Assembly: GCA_965223905.1 (NCBI GenBank)
Contig: CBDCXV010000001.1
Span: 992,001 to 1,056,000, forward strand
Direction of reading: 5' to 3'
Origin: Candidatus Latescibacterota bacterium
GTDB lineage: Bacteria > Latescibacterota > UBA2968 > UBA8231
Length of the DNA stretch: 64,000 nt
Below the pieces are notes generated by a model. The model had not been told where the DNA came from. It made no database searches and worked only from the letters and a program-made list of their open reading frames with translations. Within the stretch, counting starts at the first letter, position 1. Each line of letters begins with the position of its first letter. The translations under genes and the position numbers were made by a program. Shown piece after piece: positions 32,241 to 41,125 of this stretch.

Positions 32241-33085
32241 GGAAGCTCCGTGCTTTCGGGAGAAGGTCCGTTGCCGGGAAGCTCCGGGGGAGTAGCCGGA
32301 GATGCGGCCCCGCCTGCTGGGACCTGGGCCTTTTCGCCGCCCAGGGGTTCGATCCAGATGTCGTCGAACGGCCGCGCCTGCTGCACGCGAATGCGCTGCG
32401 TCTTCAGCAATTCGAGAACACCGATGAAGGTCGCTACCAGAACGTGGCGGGACTTTCCCGATGTCAATTCGAAAAAGCGCAGCCGGCCGCGGCGGTCCAG
32501 TTCCTGCACCAGCCTGTCGATTGTCTCCTCGACCGAGACCTGCTCTTCGAGGATGCGGTGTACGAAGGCTGGCGGAACGCCGTCCAGGACCTGTTTGTAC
32601 GCCTTGAGGAGGTCGAACAGGGAGACCGGGTGGAGCTCGGCCCCTTCGCTGTCGCGGCTGGCGTACGGACGGTTCCTGAAAATGTCGCGCTGGGCGTGGG
32701 CCTGGTCCCCCAGCCAGTCGGCAATCTCCTTGAACTGCTGGTACTCGAGGAGCCGGCGAACGAGACCTTCCCGAGGGTCCTCTTCCTCCTCTCCGTCCAC
32801 GTCCACGACTTCGCGAGGCAGCAGCAGCTGCGACTTGATTTTCATCAGGGTCGCGGCCATCAGCATGAAGTCGCAGGCCGGTTCCAAGTCTAGGAGATGG
32901 ACCTCCCCCAGCATGCCGAGGTACTCGTTGGTGATGGCGGCGATGGGAATGTCGTAAATGTCGACTTCGTTCTTGCGGATGAGAAACAGCAGCAGGTCGA
33001 GCGGGCCCTCGAACACTTCGAGCTTGACTCCGTACTGTCCGCCCAAAGCGGTTCCCTGCTGCCTCTGTCCGGCGGTCGTTTCCAA
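32237..33085 (-). CDS. scpA: Segregation and condensation protein A (kleisin)
   Basis: FEGPLDLLLFLI, FMLMAATLMKIKSQLLLP, LVRRLLEYQQFK, TFIGVLEL. Confidence 0.94.
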   Translation of the reverse strand: METTAGQRQQGTALGGQYGVKLEVFEGPLDLLLFLIRKNEVDIYDIPIAAITNEYLGMLGEVHLLDLEPACDFMLMAATLMKIKSQLLLPREVVDVDGEEEEDPREGLVRRLLEYQQFKEIADWLGDQAHAQRDIFRNRPYASRDSEGAELHPVSLFDLLKAYKQVLDGVPPAFVHRILEEQVSVEETIDRLVQELDRRGRLRFFELTSGKSRHVLVATFIGVLELLKTQRIRVQQARPFDDIWIEPLGGEKAQVPAGGAASPATPPELPGNGPSPESTELP

Positions 33086-33094
33086 TACGATGAT

Positions 33095-33601
33095 CTAGTC
33101 GATGAACAGGTAGGGTTTCCAGCGCTGGTCCGTCACTCCAACGAAGTCGCGGATGAAGCTGACGTTGTTGGGGCGCTTGGGCCGCCGTTTCAGGGAGAGA
33201 CCTGCCTGCTCCGGCCGCCGGTCCCCCTTCATGGCGTTGCAGCCGGCACAGGCGGTTACCAGGTTTTCCCACGATTCGGCGCCGCCGTGTCTCTTGGGAA
33301 CGATGTGGTCGATCGTCATCTTGCGGTCGCTTTTGCCGCAATACTGGCACTGGTGGTTGTCGCGCCGCATCACGTTGCGCTTCGACAGCACCACGCGGCG
33401 CCTGGGCGCGCGCACGTATCGCTCAAGCCTGACCACGCTCGGGACCGGGAATTCGCGGGACACCGAGCGCACGACGGACTCGGAGATCTCGACGTTTTCG
33501 GCCTTTCCTCTGAACAGAAGCACCAGCGCACGCCTGACGCTGCAGACGTTGAGCGGCTCGTAGTTCTGGTTGAGAACCAGGACGGTATTCTCGAGTAGCA
33601 C
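33095..33601 (-). CDS. HNH endonuclease (McrA-like, HNH_5)
   Basis: VLVLNQNYEPL, PSVVRL, RRDNHQCQYCG, TIDHIVP...GG..SWENLVTACAGCNAMKG. Confidence 0.92.
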   Translation of the reverse strand: MLLENTVLVLNQNYEPLNVCSVRRALVLLFRGKAENVEISESVVRSVSREFPVPSVVRLERYVRAPRRRVVLSKRNVMRRDNHQCQYCGKSDRKMTIDHIVPKRHGGAESWENLVTACAGCNAMKGDRRPEQAGLSLKRRPKRPNNVSFIRDFVGVTDQRWKPYLFID

Positions 33602-33778
33602 GCTTGAGTAGCTCGCGGGATTTCCCGGAAACCGCGGTAGATCGGCGCTGGAGGATGGACTGCGGAGACGTGGCGAAATCGAGTCGGCTCAACCCCATTC
33701 AGCGGTCCGGAACCTACTGCGGCGACCCCTTTCCAAAGCCGCTTCCAGGGGTGCAGAACGATAGCGAAGTATCCTTGA

Positions 33779-33807
33779 AAATTAAAAATGATACTAGAGG
33801 GAGGCAA
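33779..33807 (-). promoter_or_regulatory. Putative sigma70 promoter of the HNH-scpA-scpB-rluB-cmk-rpsA unit
   Basis: Minus strand TTGCCT-17 nt-TAATTT in a locally AT-rich patch. Confidence 0.4.
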
Positions 33808-33894
33808 TTGTGAAGAAAGCAGCCGGGGGGTGAAACCCTGGCGGCTTGGAGCCGGTCCTGCACCTCGAAGGCGGCGAGAGGCCAACGGGGAGAG

Positions 33895-34287
33895 TCAGGC
33901 TCCGGAAATCAACTCGGCGTAGTCCCGGGGGCTGAGGAGCTCCGCCAACTCGTCCTGGTCGGAGCAGCGGATCCGGATCATCCAACCGGCCCCGTAGGGC
34001 TCCTTGTTGACCTGCTCCGCATCGGCCTCGAGCGATTCGTTGACCTCCACCACCTCGCCGCTCAGGGGAGCGTAAATCTCCTCCACGGTCTTCACCGCCT
34101 CGACGGTCCCGAAGCGTTCCCCTTTCCGCAGGGTCTGTCCGACCTCGGGAAGCTCGACGAACACGATGTCGCCGAGCTCGGACTGGGCGTAATCCGTAAT
34201 CCCGACCGTGCCGACATCGCTGTCCATCGCCACCCACTCGTGATCCTCGGTGTAGCTGAGCTCTTCGGGAACATTCGTATCAGACAT
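33895..34287 (-). CDS. gcvH: Glycine cleavage system H protein (lipoyl carrier)
   Basis: YTEDHEWV, VGITDYAQSELGDIVFVELP, lipoyl-Lys motif VEAVKT, VNKEPYGAGWM. Confidence 0.95.
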   Translation of the reverse strand: MSDTNVPEELSYTEDHEWVAMDSDVGTVGITDYAQSELGDIVFVELPEVGQTLRKGERFGTVEAVKTVEEIYAPLSGEVVEVNESLEADAEQVNKEPYGAGWMIRIRCSDQDELAELLSPRDYAELISGA

Positions 34288-34311
34288 GGAGATCCTCTGG
34301 TTGGCCCCGAT

Positions 34312-35667
34312 TCAGACCGCGACCTTCCCGTCGCGGCTGCGGGTGACGAACTCGGTGTCGAACCGTCCCTCGACGAACTCCGGGTTTTCGAGGAGATCGC
34401 GATGGAACGGCAGGGTCGTCGCCACCCCTTCGATGGTGACCTCTGCCAGCACCCGCCGCATGCGGGCGATCGCCTGGGCGCGGTCGCGGCCGCAGGTGAC
34501 GACCTTGGCGAGGAGGGAATCGTAGTAGGGCGGCACCTCGTACCCCTGGTAGATGTGGCTGTCGATGCGCAGGCCCGGTCCTCCCGGCAGGTGCAGGGCG
34601 GTGATGGTTCCGGCCGAGGGCATGAAATTCTTGTCCGGGTCCTCGGCGTTGATGCGGCATTCGATGGCGTGCCCGGTGAGGGCGAGGTCTTCCTGGCCGT
34701 ACCCCAACCTTTCGCCTCCGGCTACCCGGATCATCTCGCCGATCAGGTCGACTCCCGACACCATCTCGGTTACCGGGTGCTCGACCTGGATGCGCTTGTT
34801 CATCTCCAGGAAGTAGAACTCCCCGTCGCCGTCGACCAGGAATTCGACGGTTCCCGCGCTGGCGTAGCCGACGCTGGCGGCACCTCTCACAGCCGCTTCA
34901 CCAAGCCGGCGCCGCAGCGCCTCGTCGACCGCGGGGGAGGGACTCTCTTCGAGCAGCTTCTGGTGGCGCCGCTGGATGGAGCACTCCCGCTCGCCGAGAT
35001 GGACGACCGTGCCGTGGTGGTCGCCGAGCACCTGGATTTCGATGTGGCGGGCGTTGTCGAGTGAACGCTCCATGTAGAGCGCGTCGCTGGTGAAGGCGGA
35101 GCGCGCTTCGAGGCGGGCAATCCGCCAGGCTTCCTCGAGCTCCTCCTCGCCGTTGACGACCCGCATGCCGCGTCCCCCGCCTCCCAAGGCCGCCTTCAGG
35201 CGCAGCGGATAACCGATCTCGGCGGCCAGGTGGCGGGCCTCTTCGAGGGAGCCTACGTCCCCTCGGCTTCCGGGAATCACCGGGACCCCGGCTTTCTCCA
35301 TGCAGCGCCGGGCAGCGGCCTTGTCCCCCATGCGGTGGAACGCCGCTACCGGCGGACCGATGAAGGTGATGCCGCACGATTCGCACAGCTCGGCGAAATC
35401 CGCGTTCTCCGCCAGCGGTCCGTACCCGGGGTGCACGGCGTCGGCATTGGTCAGGTTCGCGGCGCTGAGGATGTTCGCGAAGTGGCGGTAGCTTGCCTCG
35501 CCGGGGGGCGGGCCGATGCAGACATCCTCGTCGGCCATGTGGACGTGAAGCGAGCGCGCGTCGGCCTCGGAGTAGACGGCAACGGTGCGAATACCGAGAT
35601 CCCGGCAGGTGCGGATGACGCGCAGCGCGATTTCCCCGCGGTCGGCGACCAGGATCTTTTCGAACAC
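34312..35667 (-). CDS. accC: Acetyl-CoA carboxylase biotin carboxylase subunit
   Basis: RGEIA, HPGYG, GGGGRGM, ERECSIQRRHQK, RIQVEHPVTE, PPYYDSL; follows accB. Confidence 0.93.
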   Translation of the reverse strand: MFEKILVADRGEIALRVIRTCRDLGIRTVAVYSEADARSLHVHMADEDVCIGPPPGEASYRHFANILSAANLTNADAVHPGYGPLAENADFAELCESCGITFIGPPVAAFHRMGDKAAARRCMEKAGVPVIPGSRGDVGSLEEARHLAAEIGYPLRLKAALGGGGRGMRVVNGEEELEEAWRIARLEARSAFTSDALYMERSLDNARHIEIQVLGDHHGTVVHLGERECSIQRRHQKLLEESPSPAVDEALRRRLGEAAVRGAASVGYASAGTVEFLVDGDGEFYFLEMNKRIQVEHPVTEMVSGVDLIGEMIRVAGGERLGYGQEDLALTGHAIECRINAEDPDKNFMPSAGTITALHLPGGPGLRIDSHIYQGYEVPPYYDSLLAKVVTCGRDRAQAIARMRRVLAEVTIEGVATTLPFHRDLLENPEFVEGRFDTEFVTRSRDGKVAV

Positions 35668-35668
35668 G

Positions 35669-36160
35669 TTACGCGGTCCGCAGGGTCAGCAACGGCTGGT
35701 TGTACTCGACAGGGTCGCCGTTGGCCGCGAGGATTTCGACGACCTCACCCCCGGCGTCCGCCTCGATCTCGTTCATGATCTTCATGGCCTCGATGATGCA
35801 GAGGGTCTGTCCAACGACAACCTTCTCGCCGGTCTCGGTGAAGGGGTCTGCCTCAGGTGACGAGGAGCGGAAGAAGGTGCCGACCATGGGGGAGCGGATG
35901 ACGTGGAGGTCTTCGGCGGCTTCCGATTCCCGCGGTGCCTCCTCCTTTGGTTCGGGTGCAGCCTGTGGAGCGGCCGCGGGGGCGGGATGCGGCGCCGGGG
36001 GCGCCTGCAGGTGCACGGTCTCGATGGTTCTTTCCGCGGACCCGCGGCGTTTTCCGAGACGAACGCGGATTCCGCGCCAGAAGCTCTCTCGGTACTCCAG
36101 CTCCTCGACCTCGCTCTCTTCGAAGATCTCGATCAGCTTTCTCAGGTTTTTTTCGTTCAC
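35669..36160 (-). CDS. accB: Biotin carboxyl carrier protein
   Basis: Pro/Ala linker, SPMVGTFF, biotinylation motif EAMKIMNEI. Confidence 0.95.
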   Translation of the reverse strand: MNEKNLRKLIEIFEESEVEELEYRESFWRGIRVRLGKRRGSAERTIETVHLQAPPAPHPAPAAAPQAAPEPKEEAPRESEAAEDLHVIRSPMVGTFFRSSSPEADPFTETGEKVVVGQTLCIIEAMKIMNEIEADAGGEVVEILAANGDPVEYNQPLLTLRTA

Positions 36161-36170
36161 GCGGCAGCCC

Positions 36171-36728
36171 TCAGACGCGTTCGACGTATTCGCCGGTGCG
36201 CGTGTCGATTTTCAGTTTCTCCCCTCGATCGACGAACAGGGGCACGGAGACGACGGCACCGGTTTCGAGGGTCGCCGGTTTGGTCGATCCCTGCGCCGTA
36301 TCCCCCCTGACGCCCGGTTCCGTGTGTTCGACCGTGAGTTCGACGAAATTCGGCAGCTCCACGGCCAAAGGGACCCCGTCGGCAACCGATACGTAGGTTG
36401 TCTCGTTCTCGACGAGAAACCGGGCGGCGTCCCCGACGGTCTCGCGGGGCAGCTGCGTCTGCTCGTACGTCTCCGAGTCCATGAAATGAAAAAAGTCGCT
36501 TTCGGAATACAGGAACTGCATCTCGCGTTTCTCTATGCGGATATCCTTTACCTTGTCCCCCGAGCGAAAGGTGCGGTCGATCACAGCACCGGTGCGCACG
36601 TTCTTGAGCTTGGTGCGCACGAAGGCGCCTCCCTTTCCGGGCTTGACGTGCTGGAACTCGACGATGCTGTAGATCGCCTCCTCCAGGGTCATCGTGAATC
36701 CGTTGCGGAAGTCTGAGGTGTCAGCCAT
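36171..36728 (-). CDS. efp: Translation elongation factor P
   Basis: MADTSDFRNG, HVKPGKGGAFVRTKLKN (Lys-type loop), PGVRGDT, KPATLETG, DTRTGEYVER. Confidence 0.97.
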   Translation of the reverse strand: MADTSDFRNGFTMTLEEAIYSIVEFQHVKPGKGGAFVRTKLKNVRTGAVIDRTFRSGDKVKDIRIEKREMQFLYSESDFFHFMDSETYEQTQLPRETVGDAARFLVENETTYVSVADGVPLAVELPNFVELTVEHTEPGVRGDTAQGSTKPATLETGAVVSVPLFVDRGEKLKIDTRTGEYVERV

Positions 36729-36759
36729 TCTCTCCTCTGGCAAGTGAGCCTGCGGCCGC

Positions 36760-38184
36760 TCAGGACTCGAGGGCCTGTTCCAGGCTGTCGAGTCTCGCTC
36801 TGATCCCGTCGTCGTCGGGACGCAGCCGCAGGAGATCCCTGTAGATATCGATCCCCTTGCTGGCGATTCCCTGTTGAATGTACAACTCGGCGAGGGTAAC
36901 CGTCGGTACCGGCGCGGTGCGCTCTTCCCCGCCGGCCCCGATGACGGGTGGCCCCGGGGCGCTCTCTCGGCCGGTTTCGATCTCGGAAAGCAGGCCTTCA
37001 AGCTCGTGGTCGTCGCGGCCGGACAACCTTGCGACCGGGCGTTCCGGCTCGGCGGCACCGGAAGAACCGATTTCGGTGCCGCGGGCAACGGCGCGCCCCG
37101 CCGGTGGTGCGGCCGGCAGCCCGGCCTCCGGTTCCGACGCGGGATCCAACGTCTCCTCGGGAGGCCCGCCGGATCCGGCACCGGCTTCCATGTCCTCCCG
37201 CTCCGACACCAGATAAAACACCCCTGTTCGCCCGCGGTCGCGGAAGCCGGGCTCCGCCTTTTCGAAGGGGGAAACATCCGGGGCGGAGTCTGCAGAGGGA
37301 ACCTCTCCGGAGGACGGTTCCTCTGCCGACAGGCCACTGCCCGGCGCCGGGTTCCCGTCTCCGCCACCGACTGGAACAGGGGGAGCTTCGGCTGCATCGT
37401 GCGGGCCGGCGCCTGCATTGCGGGGATCTTCCTGCACGGTACCGGCCGGCTCACCGGGATACACCGATCCTCCGGGGGATTCGGGTACAGGCGGGGATTT
37501 TCCCTCTGCGGCAGAAACCGCGGACCCGACGGAGGCCGATGGCTCGCCATCGAACGGACTCTCCGCACGGGGCGGCTCGCCATTGGAGGCTTCCCGGTCC
37601 ATGCCCGGCTCGTCGGGGAAGCCGGCAGCCGCTTCGCCGGCAGGAGGGGCTTCTCCCCCGGCTGCCGGCGACGGCACCGGAACCGCTGTCCCCGTTTCCA
37701 CCTTGCCCCCTTCTTCCCTTTCCGCCGGCACCTCTCTTCCCGCCACCGCCTTCGGGGCAGGAGGAAGGACCAGCGGCGCGGCAGCGGATCGCCTGCGCAG
37801 CCGCTCCGCCTCGCGTTGGAGGTCCCCGCTGTACGGGTCGAGAAAAGCGGCCTGCCGCATGCATTGCAGCGCCAGGGAAATTTCGCCGAGTCGTTCGTAC
37901 GCAGCCGACAGGGCGGCGAACCCGACGGGGTTCTCCGGGTCGAGCCGCAGCGCCCGGTCGAGGGCGTTGCGCGCCTCCTCGAAGTTGCCCCGGGCCTGGT
38001 AGCAGCGACCGAGAAGGAGAAATCCGGTCGGGTAGTCGGGAAAGCGCTCGCAACCCTCCTGGCAAAGCGCGAGCGCGCGGGCGACTCGCCTGCGGAGGAG
38101 GTGTTCGTCGGCGACCCGGGCGAACAGCGGAATCCCCGGGTTTTCGCGCAGGGCCTTTTCGAGTTTTTTAATCCGGAAAAGCAA
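36760..38184 (-). CDS. TPR protein with a long acidic Pro/Ala/Glu-rich disordered linker
   Basis: N-terminal TPRs (FPDYPTGFLLLGRCY, ALRLDPEN), low-complexity middle, C-terminal PTVTLAELYIQQG motif. Confidence 0.75.
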   Translation of the reverse strand: MLFRIKKLEKALRENPGIPLFARVADEHLLRRRVARALALCQEGCERFPDYPTGFLLLGRCYQARGNFEEARNALDRALRLDPENPVGFAALSAAYERLGEISLALQCMRQAAFLDPYSGDLQREAERLRRRSAAAPLVLPPAPKAVAGREVPAEREEGGKVETGTAVPVPSPAAGGEAPPAGEAAAGFPDEPGMDREASNGEPPRAESPFDGEPSASVGSAVSAAEGKSPPVPESPGGSVYPGEPAGTVQEDPRNAGAGPHDAAEAPPVPVGGGDGNPAPGSGLSAEEPSSGEVPSADSAPDVSPFEKAEPGFRDRGRTGVFYLVSEREDMEAGAGSGGPPEETLDPASEPEAGLPAAPPAGRAVARGTEIGSSGAAEPERPVARLSGRDDHELEGLLSEIETGRESAPGPPVIGAGGEERTAPVPTVTLAELYIQQGIASKGIDIYRDLLRLRPDDDGIRARLDSLEQALES

Positions 38185-38461
38185 GGTAAGAGCCGTTCAT
38201 TCGGCATGGCCGGGCGACCCATCCGGGACGCCTGCCGCGCCATTCTCCTGCCTCCAAGTGTTTCGGCGCTTTCCCGGACGGATCCACCCGTCTCCCGGAG
38301 TCTTCTTCGCTCGTGGCTCGCGACCCGGTTCTGCCAACGGCATCCCGGCGGACTGGATTGCGCCGATCTGTTTCAGCGACAGGACACTAGACGGCGTGCA
38401 GAGGGCTGTCAAGGAGAACGCGGCAGGGGAATTCCGGGCCTGTGAAGGGGGCCTGGATTCG

Positions 38462-38490
38462 TTGACAGTGTACAGGGGGGGCTCTATCTT
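38462..38490 (+). promoter_or_regulatory. sigma70 promoter of tRNA-Lys
   Basis: TTGACA-17 nt-TATCTT about 90 nt upstream of the tRNA. Confidence 0.75.
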
Positions 38491-38578
38491 CGCCGAATTC
38501 CGGCGCCTGTCCGCAACAGTTCCGAATTGTGCGACAAGCGAGTGCGAACGTAAGTCTCCCAGACGCTCATTGGGGGCA

Positions 38579-38651
38579 GCGCCTATAGCTCAGTTGGTAG
38601 AGCGGCTGACTCTTAATCAGCGGGTCCGGGGTTCGAGTCCCTGTGGGCGCA
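38579..38651 (+). tRNA. tRNA-Lys (CTT), CCA not encoded
   Basis: Acceptor stem GCGCCTA/TGGGCGC, D-arm GCTCAGTTGGTAGAGC, anticodon arm GCTGA-CTCTTAA-TCAGC, T-loop GTTCGAGTC. Confidence 0.97.
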
Positions 38652-38693
38652 CAAAAAATCCAGCCGCCGGCTTCGGCGGTGATCGCCATCCTG

Positions 38694-38724
38694 CCCCCGA
38701 GGGGTTGTCCCCTCGGGGGTTTGT
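38694..38724 (+). terminator. Terminator hairpin after tRNA-Lys
   Basis: CCCCCGAGGGG-ttgt-CCCCTCGGGGG perfect 11-bp stem followed by TTTGT. Confidence 0.65.
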
Positions 38725-38764
38725 CGTATCTGGCGGTCAGAAACATCTGATCCAGCCGCACTCT

Positions 38765-38911
38765 ATGTCCGGACAGGCCTGCCGGGTGACGTGGTATTTC
38801 TCCGAAGCTGTTACCCGGGGGCACGAGGAAGTCGAAGAGAGCGGCCACGTCCCTGCGTACGACTCGACCTTCGCCGATGCACTGACGGCTTGGCTGCTGT
38901 CGCAGCGGTAA
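38765..38911 (+). pseudogene. Possible C-terminal remnant of an alpha/beta hydrolase
   Basis: 48-aa ORF ending GHVPAYDSTFADALTAWLLSQR, reminiscent of the catalytic-His to C-terminus segment of predicted peptidases/esterases. Confidence 0.25.
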
Positions 38912-39119
38912 GGGGCGCGGGTTGCGGGGAAGGGCCGCAGGACTGCCCTCAAGTTCACCGATTTGGGTCGAGTGGGAGACCGCCGAAGCTCAAGGAAATG
39001 CCGTGCCGTGAAGTCGCTGACCGGGGACTGGGATTGTTTTTCAACTGACGAGGGAGCATTGGGAGAAGTAGATGGTCCGGCCATCTGCTCCTTGGCCTTG
39101 AAGGAGATCTGAAAACAGG

Positions 39120-40271
39120 ATGCACAAGTTTCCATCGATACTGGTTCCGCTACTTGCCCTGACCCTGGCAGGCTGTGGCGGAAATGACCCGGCTGCTCCC
39201 AGCCCGGCGGAAACCGTCAGGATCGGTTTTCTCGCCGCGGGGGACCGCGTGACCTATGTGGACGCCGCGGGGATAGCGGTGACCGAGGCAAACGAGCGCG
39301 GGGGCGTGCTCGGCATGCAGGTCGAGCTGGTTTCCCGTATCGAAATAGAGGAAGCCTCTGTCTCGGTCGAGACCGCCGAGAGGATGATTCTCCAGGACGA
39401 GGTCATCGCTCTCGTCGGCCCCAACCGCTCTTCCCATGCCATTGCAGTCGGAGAACTCGCGCAGCGGCACGGCCTGCCCATGGTGACCACCTCTGCGACC
39501 AACCCGGACGTTACGAAAGCGGGGAATTTCGTCTTCATGGCGGCTTTCACCGACATGTTTCAAGGGCAGGTGATGGCGCAGTTCGCCAGGGAAGAGCTCG
39601 GCTTGGCCAGAGTTGTGGTCCTGACACGAAGCGGCGAGGTCTATACCGAGGGGATATCCGAGTTTTTCCGGTCTGTTTTCAGTGACTCGGGCGGGGAGGT
39701 CGTCGCCAACGAGTTCTACGACAGCGGAGAGACCGATTTCGCCGAGCAGCTGGGACGCATTTCCGCGGCGCAGCCAGAGGCGCTCTTCATATCCGGGTTT
39801 GCGCAGGAAATCGCCCTGGCGACGCAGCAGGCGAGAGCGATACCTCTGCAGAATGCCGAAGGCGAACCGGTGCTTTTCCTCGGAGCCGACTCGTGGGACA
39901 ATCCGAACCTGCTTGGCAACGAGGCCGCCGAGCTCGAAGGCAGCTTCTTCACCACCCACTTTTCTCCAGATACCGATGAACCGGGTGCGCGCCGGTTCAT
40001 CGACACATATCAGTCGCTGTACGGGAGCACTCCCAGCGGCGGCGATGCGGTGAGTTACGATGGGGTCCGGCTGCTTCTCGGAGCGATCGAGCGGGCCGGC
40101 AGTCTCGAGCCGGAGGCAGTCCGGGAACAACTGGCAGCGACCAGGGATTATGCCGGCGCCACCCGTATCGCCGGTTACGACGAAAACCGGCACCCGGTCA
40201 AAAGCGCGGTCATCATGATCATCAGGGACGGGGTCGGGAGATTCCACACGCAGATCGACCCCGGCCAGTAA
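39120..40271 (+). CDS. ABC transporter substrate-binding lipoprotein (LivJ/branched-chain amino acid family), orphan
   Basis: Lipobox LAGC; NERGGVLG, SATNPDVT, TDMFQGQVMA, GETDFAEQL, GADSWD; no permease or ATPase adjacent. Confidence 0.88.
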   Translation: MHKFPSILVPLLALTLAGCGGNDPAAPSPAETVRIGFLAAGDRVTYVDAAGIAVTEANERGGVLGMQVELVSRIEIEEASVSVETAERMILQDEVIALVGPNRSSHAIAVGELAQRHGLPMVTTSATNPDVTKAGNFVFMAAFTDMFQGQVMAQFAREELGLARVVVLTRSGEVYTEGISEFFRSVFSDSGGEVVANEFYDSGETDFAEQLGRISAAQPEALFISGFAQEIALATQQARAIPLQNAEGEPVLFLGADSWDNPNLLGNEAAELEGSFFTTHFSPDTDEPGARRFIDTYQSLYGSTPSGGDAVSYDGVRLLLGAIERAGSLEPEAVREQLAATRDYAGATRIAGYDENRHPVKSAVIMIIRDGVGRFHTQIDPGQ

Positions 40272-40340
40272 GCACAGGCCGGAGTGCAGGTGGTCCTGCC
40301 GGACTGAAAAGCCGGTCGATTGAAGATCCTCTTCAGCGGT

Positions 40341-40869
40341 TCAGAAAGCGTAGCTCAGCGCTATTCCAGGGGCGCTCGCCCCCGGCCCGGTCCGCGCACC
40401 TACCGACAGATCGAGCCGCTTGCCGTACTTGAACCGCACCCGATCGCGCTTCTCCTCGATGGTTTGGATGCCGTGGACGAAGTCCGCTGCGAGGGTAAGC
40501 GCCCCGAGCAGGATCAGCGGACCGCCGGGCAGGAAGTCCGGCTCCCGCTTCTGCTCCCGCAGGCGGTACTGGGTGGTCTCGCCGTCGATCTCCACGGGGA
40601 TCTTCTCGTACCGGCGCTCCCGGTCCTTGTCGCCGGCGTTGAGCATCAGGACTTCGAAATCCGACTTGGGGAAGTCCCCCTCTCCCAGCAGGACGGCGCC
40701 CGCGGCGATCGAGGCCGCGCCGAGGAGGCCGGTAGCAAGAAGCCGCCGGCCGGTCTTCGGCTCCCCGGCGTAGAAGTGAATCATCCCAGGCACCGGGGAT
40801 GGCGCTCAGCGCCAGGCCGACCGAGAGGCGGCGGTTCATGTCGCGATACGAACCATTACGTCCGCCCAT
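40341..40869 (-). pseudogene. Frameshifted hypothetical membrane/outer-membrane protein
   Basis: Frame 1 MNRRLSVGLALSAIP joins frame 2 VPGMIHFYAGEP... if one C is removed from the C4 run (G4 at 40795-40798); ends ALSYAF with a C-terminal Phe. Confidence 0.5.
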
Positions 40870-41064
40870 GGTGACGGCGGATATCCGGAACGTCCAACTC
40901 TGTGATTATGGGGTTAGGCTGGGCCGTCGCCTTCAAGCGACTTTCCGGCGGGCGGTCCGGATTCGCGCTGCCACCCCCAGTCGAGGTTTTGACTGTAGAT
41001 GAGAATATTCGGCGGGCGTGTTTCGATGCAATCGCACCTCTGCATTGCGAGCCGCGGAACCTTG

Positions 41065-41093
41065 TTGACGCCCTGTCGGGTGCGGTTTACCCT
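41065..41093 (+). promoter_or_regulatory. Putative sigma70 promoter of the enolase-to-DUF368 operon
   Basis: TTGACG-17 nt-TACCCT, followed by an AAGGA RBS before ATG 41126. Confidence 0.5.
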
Positions 41094-41125
41094 GAACGGT
41101 TTCCCGTCACTGAAGGAAAACATCC

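Noticed and set aside
33095-33601. HNH gene as a homing endonuclease or IscB/Cas9-like effector
   Set aside because: Only 168 aa, with no RuvC motifs, no interrupted host gene and no flanking IS ends or repeat array.
36950-37760. Low-complexity Pro/Ala/Glu/Gly region as a tandem repeat array
   Set aside because: No periodic nucleotide repeat visible; it is an ordinary disordered linker within a TPR protein.
38579-38760. tRNA-Lys as attachment site of an intact prophage or ICE
   Set aside because: No integrase, phage or conjugation genes, and no duplicated tRNA 3' end found in the window.
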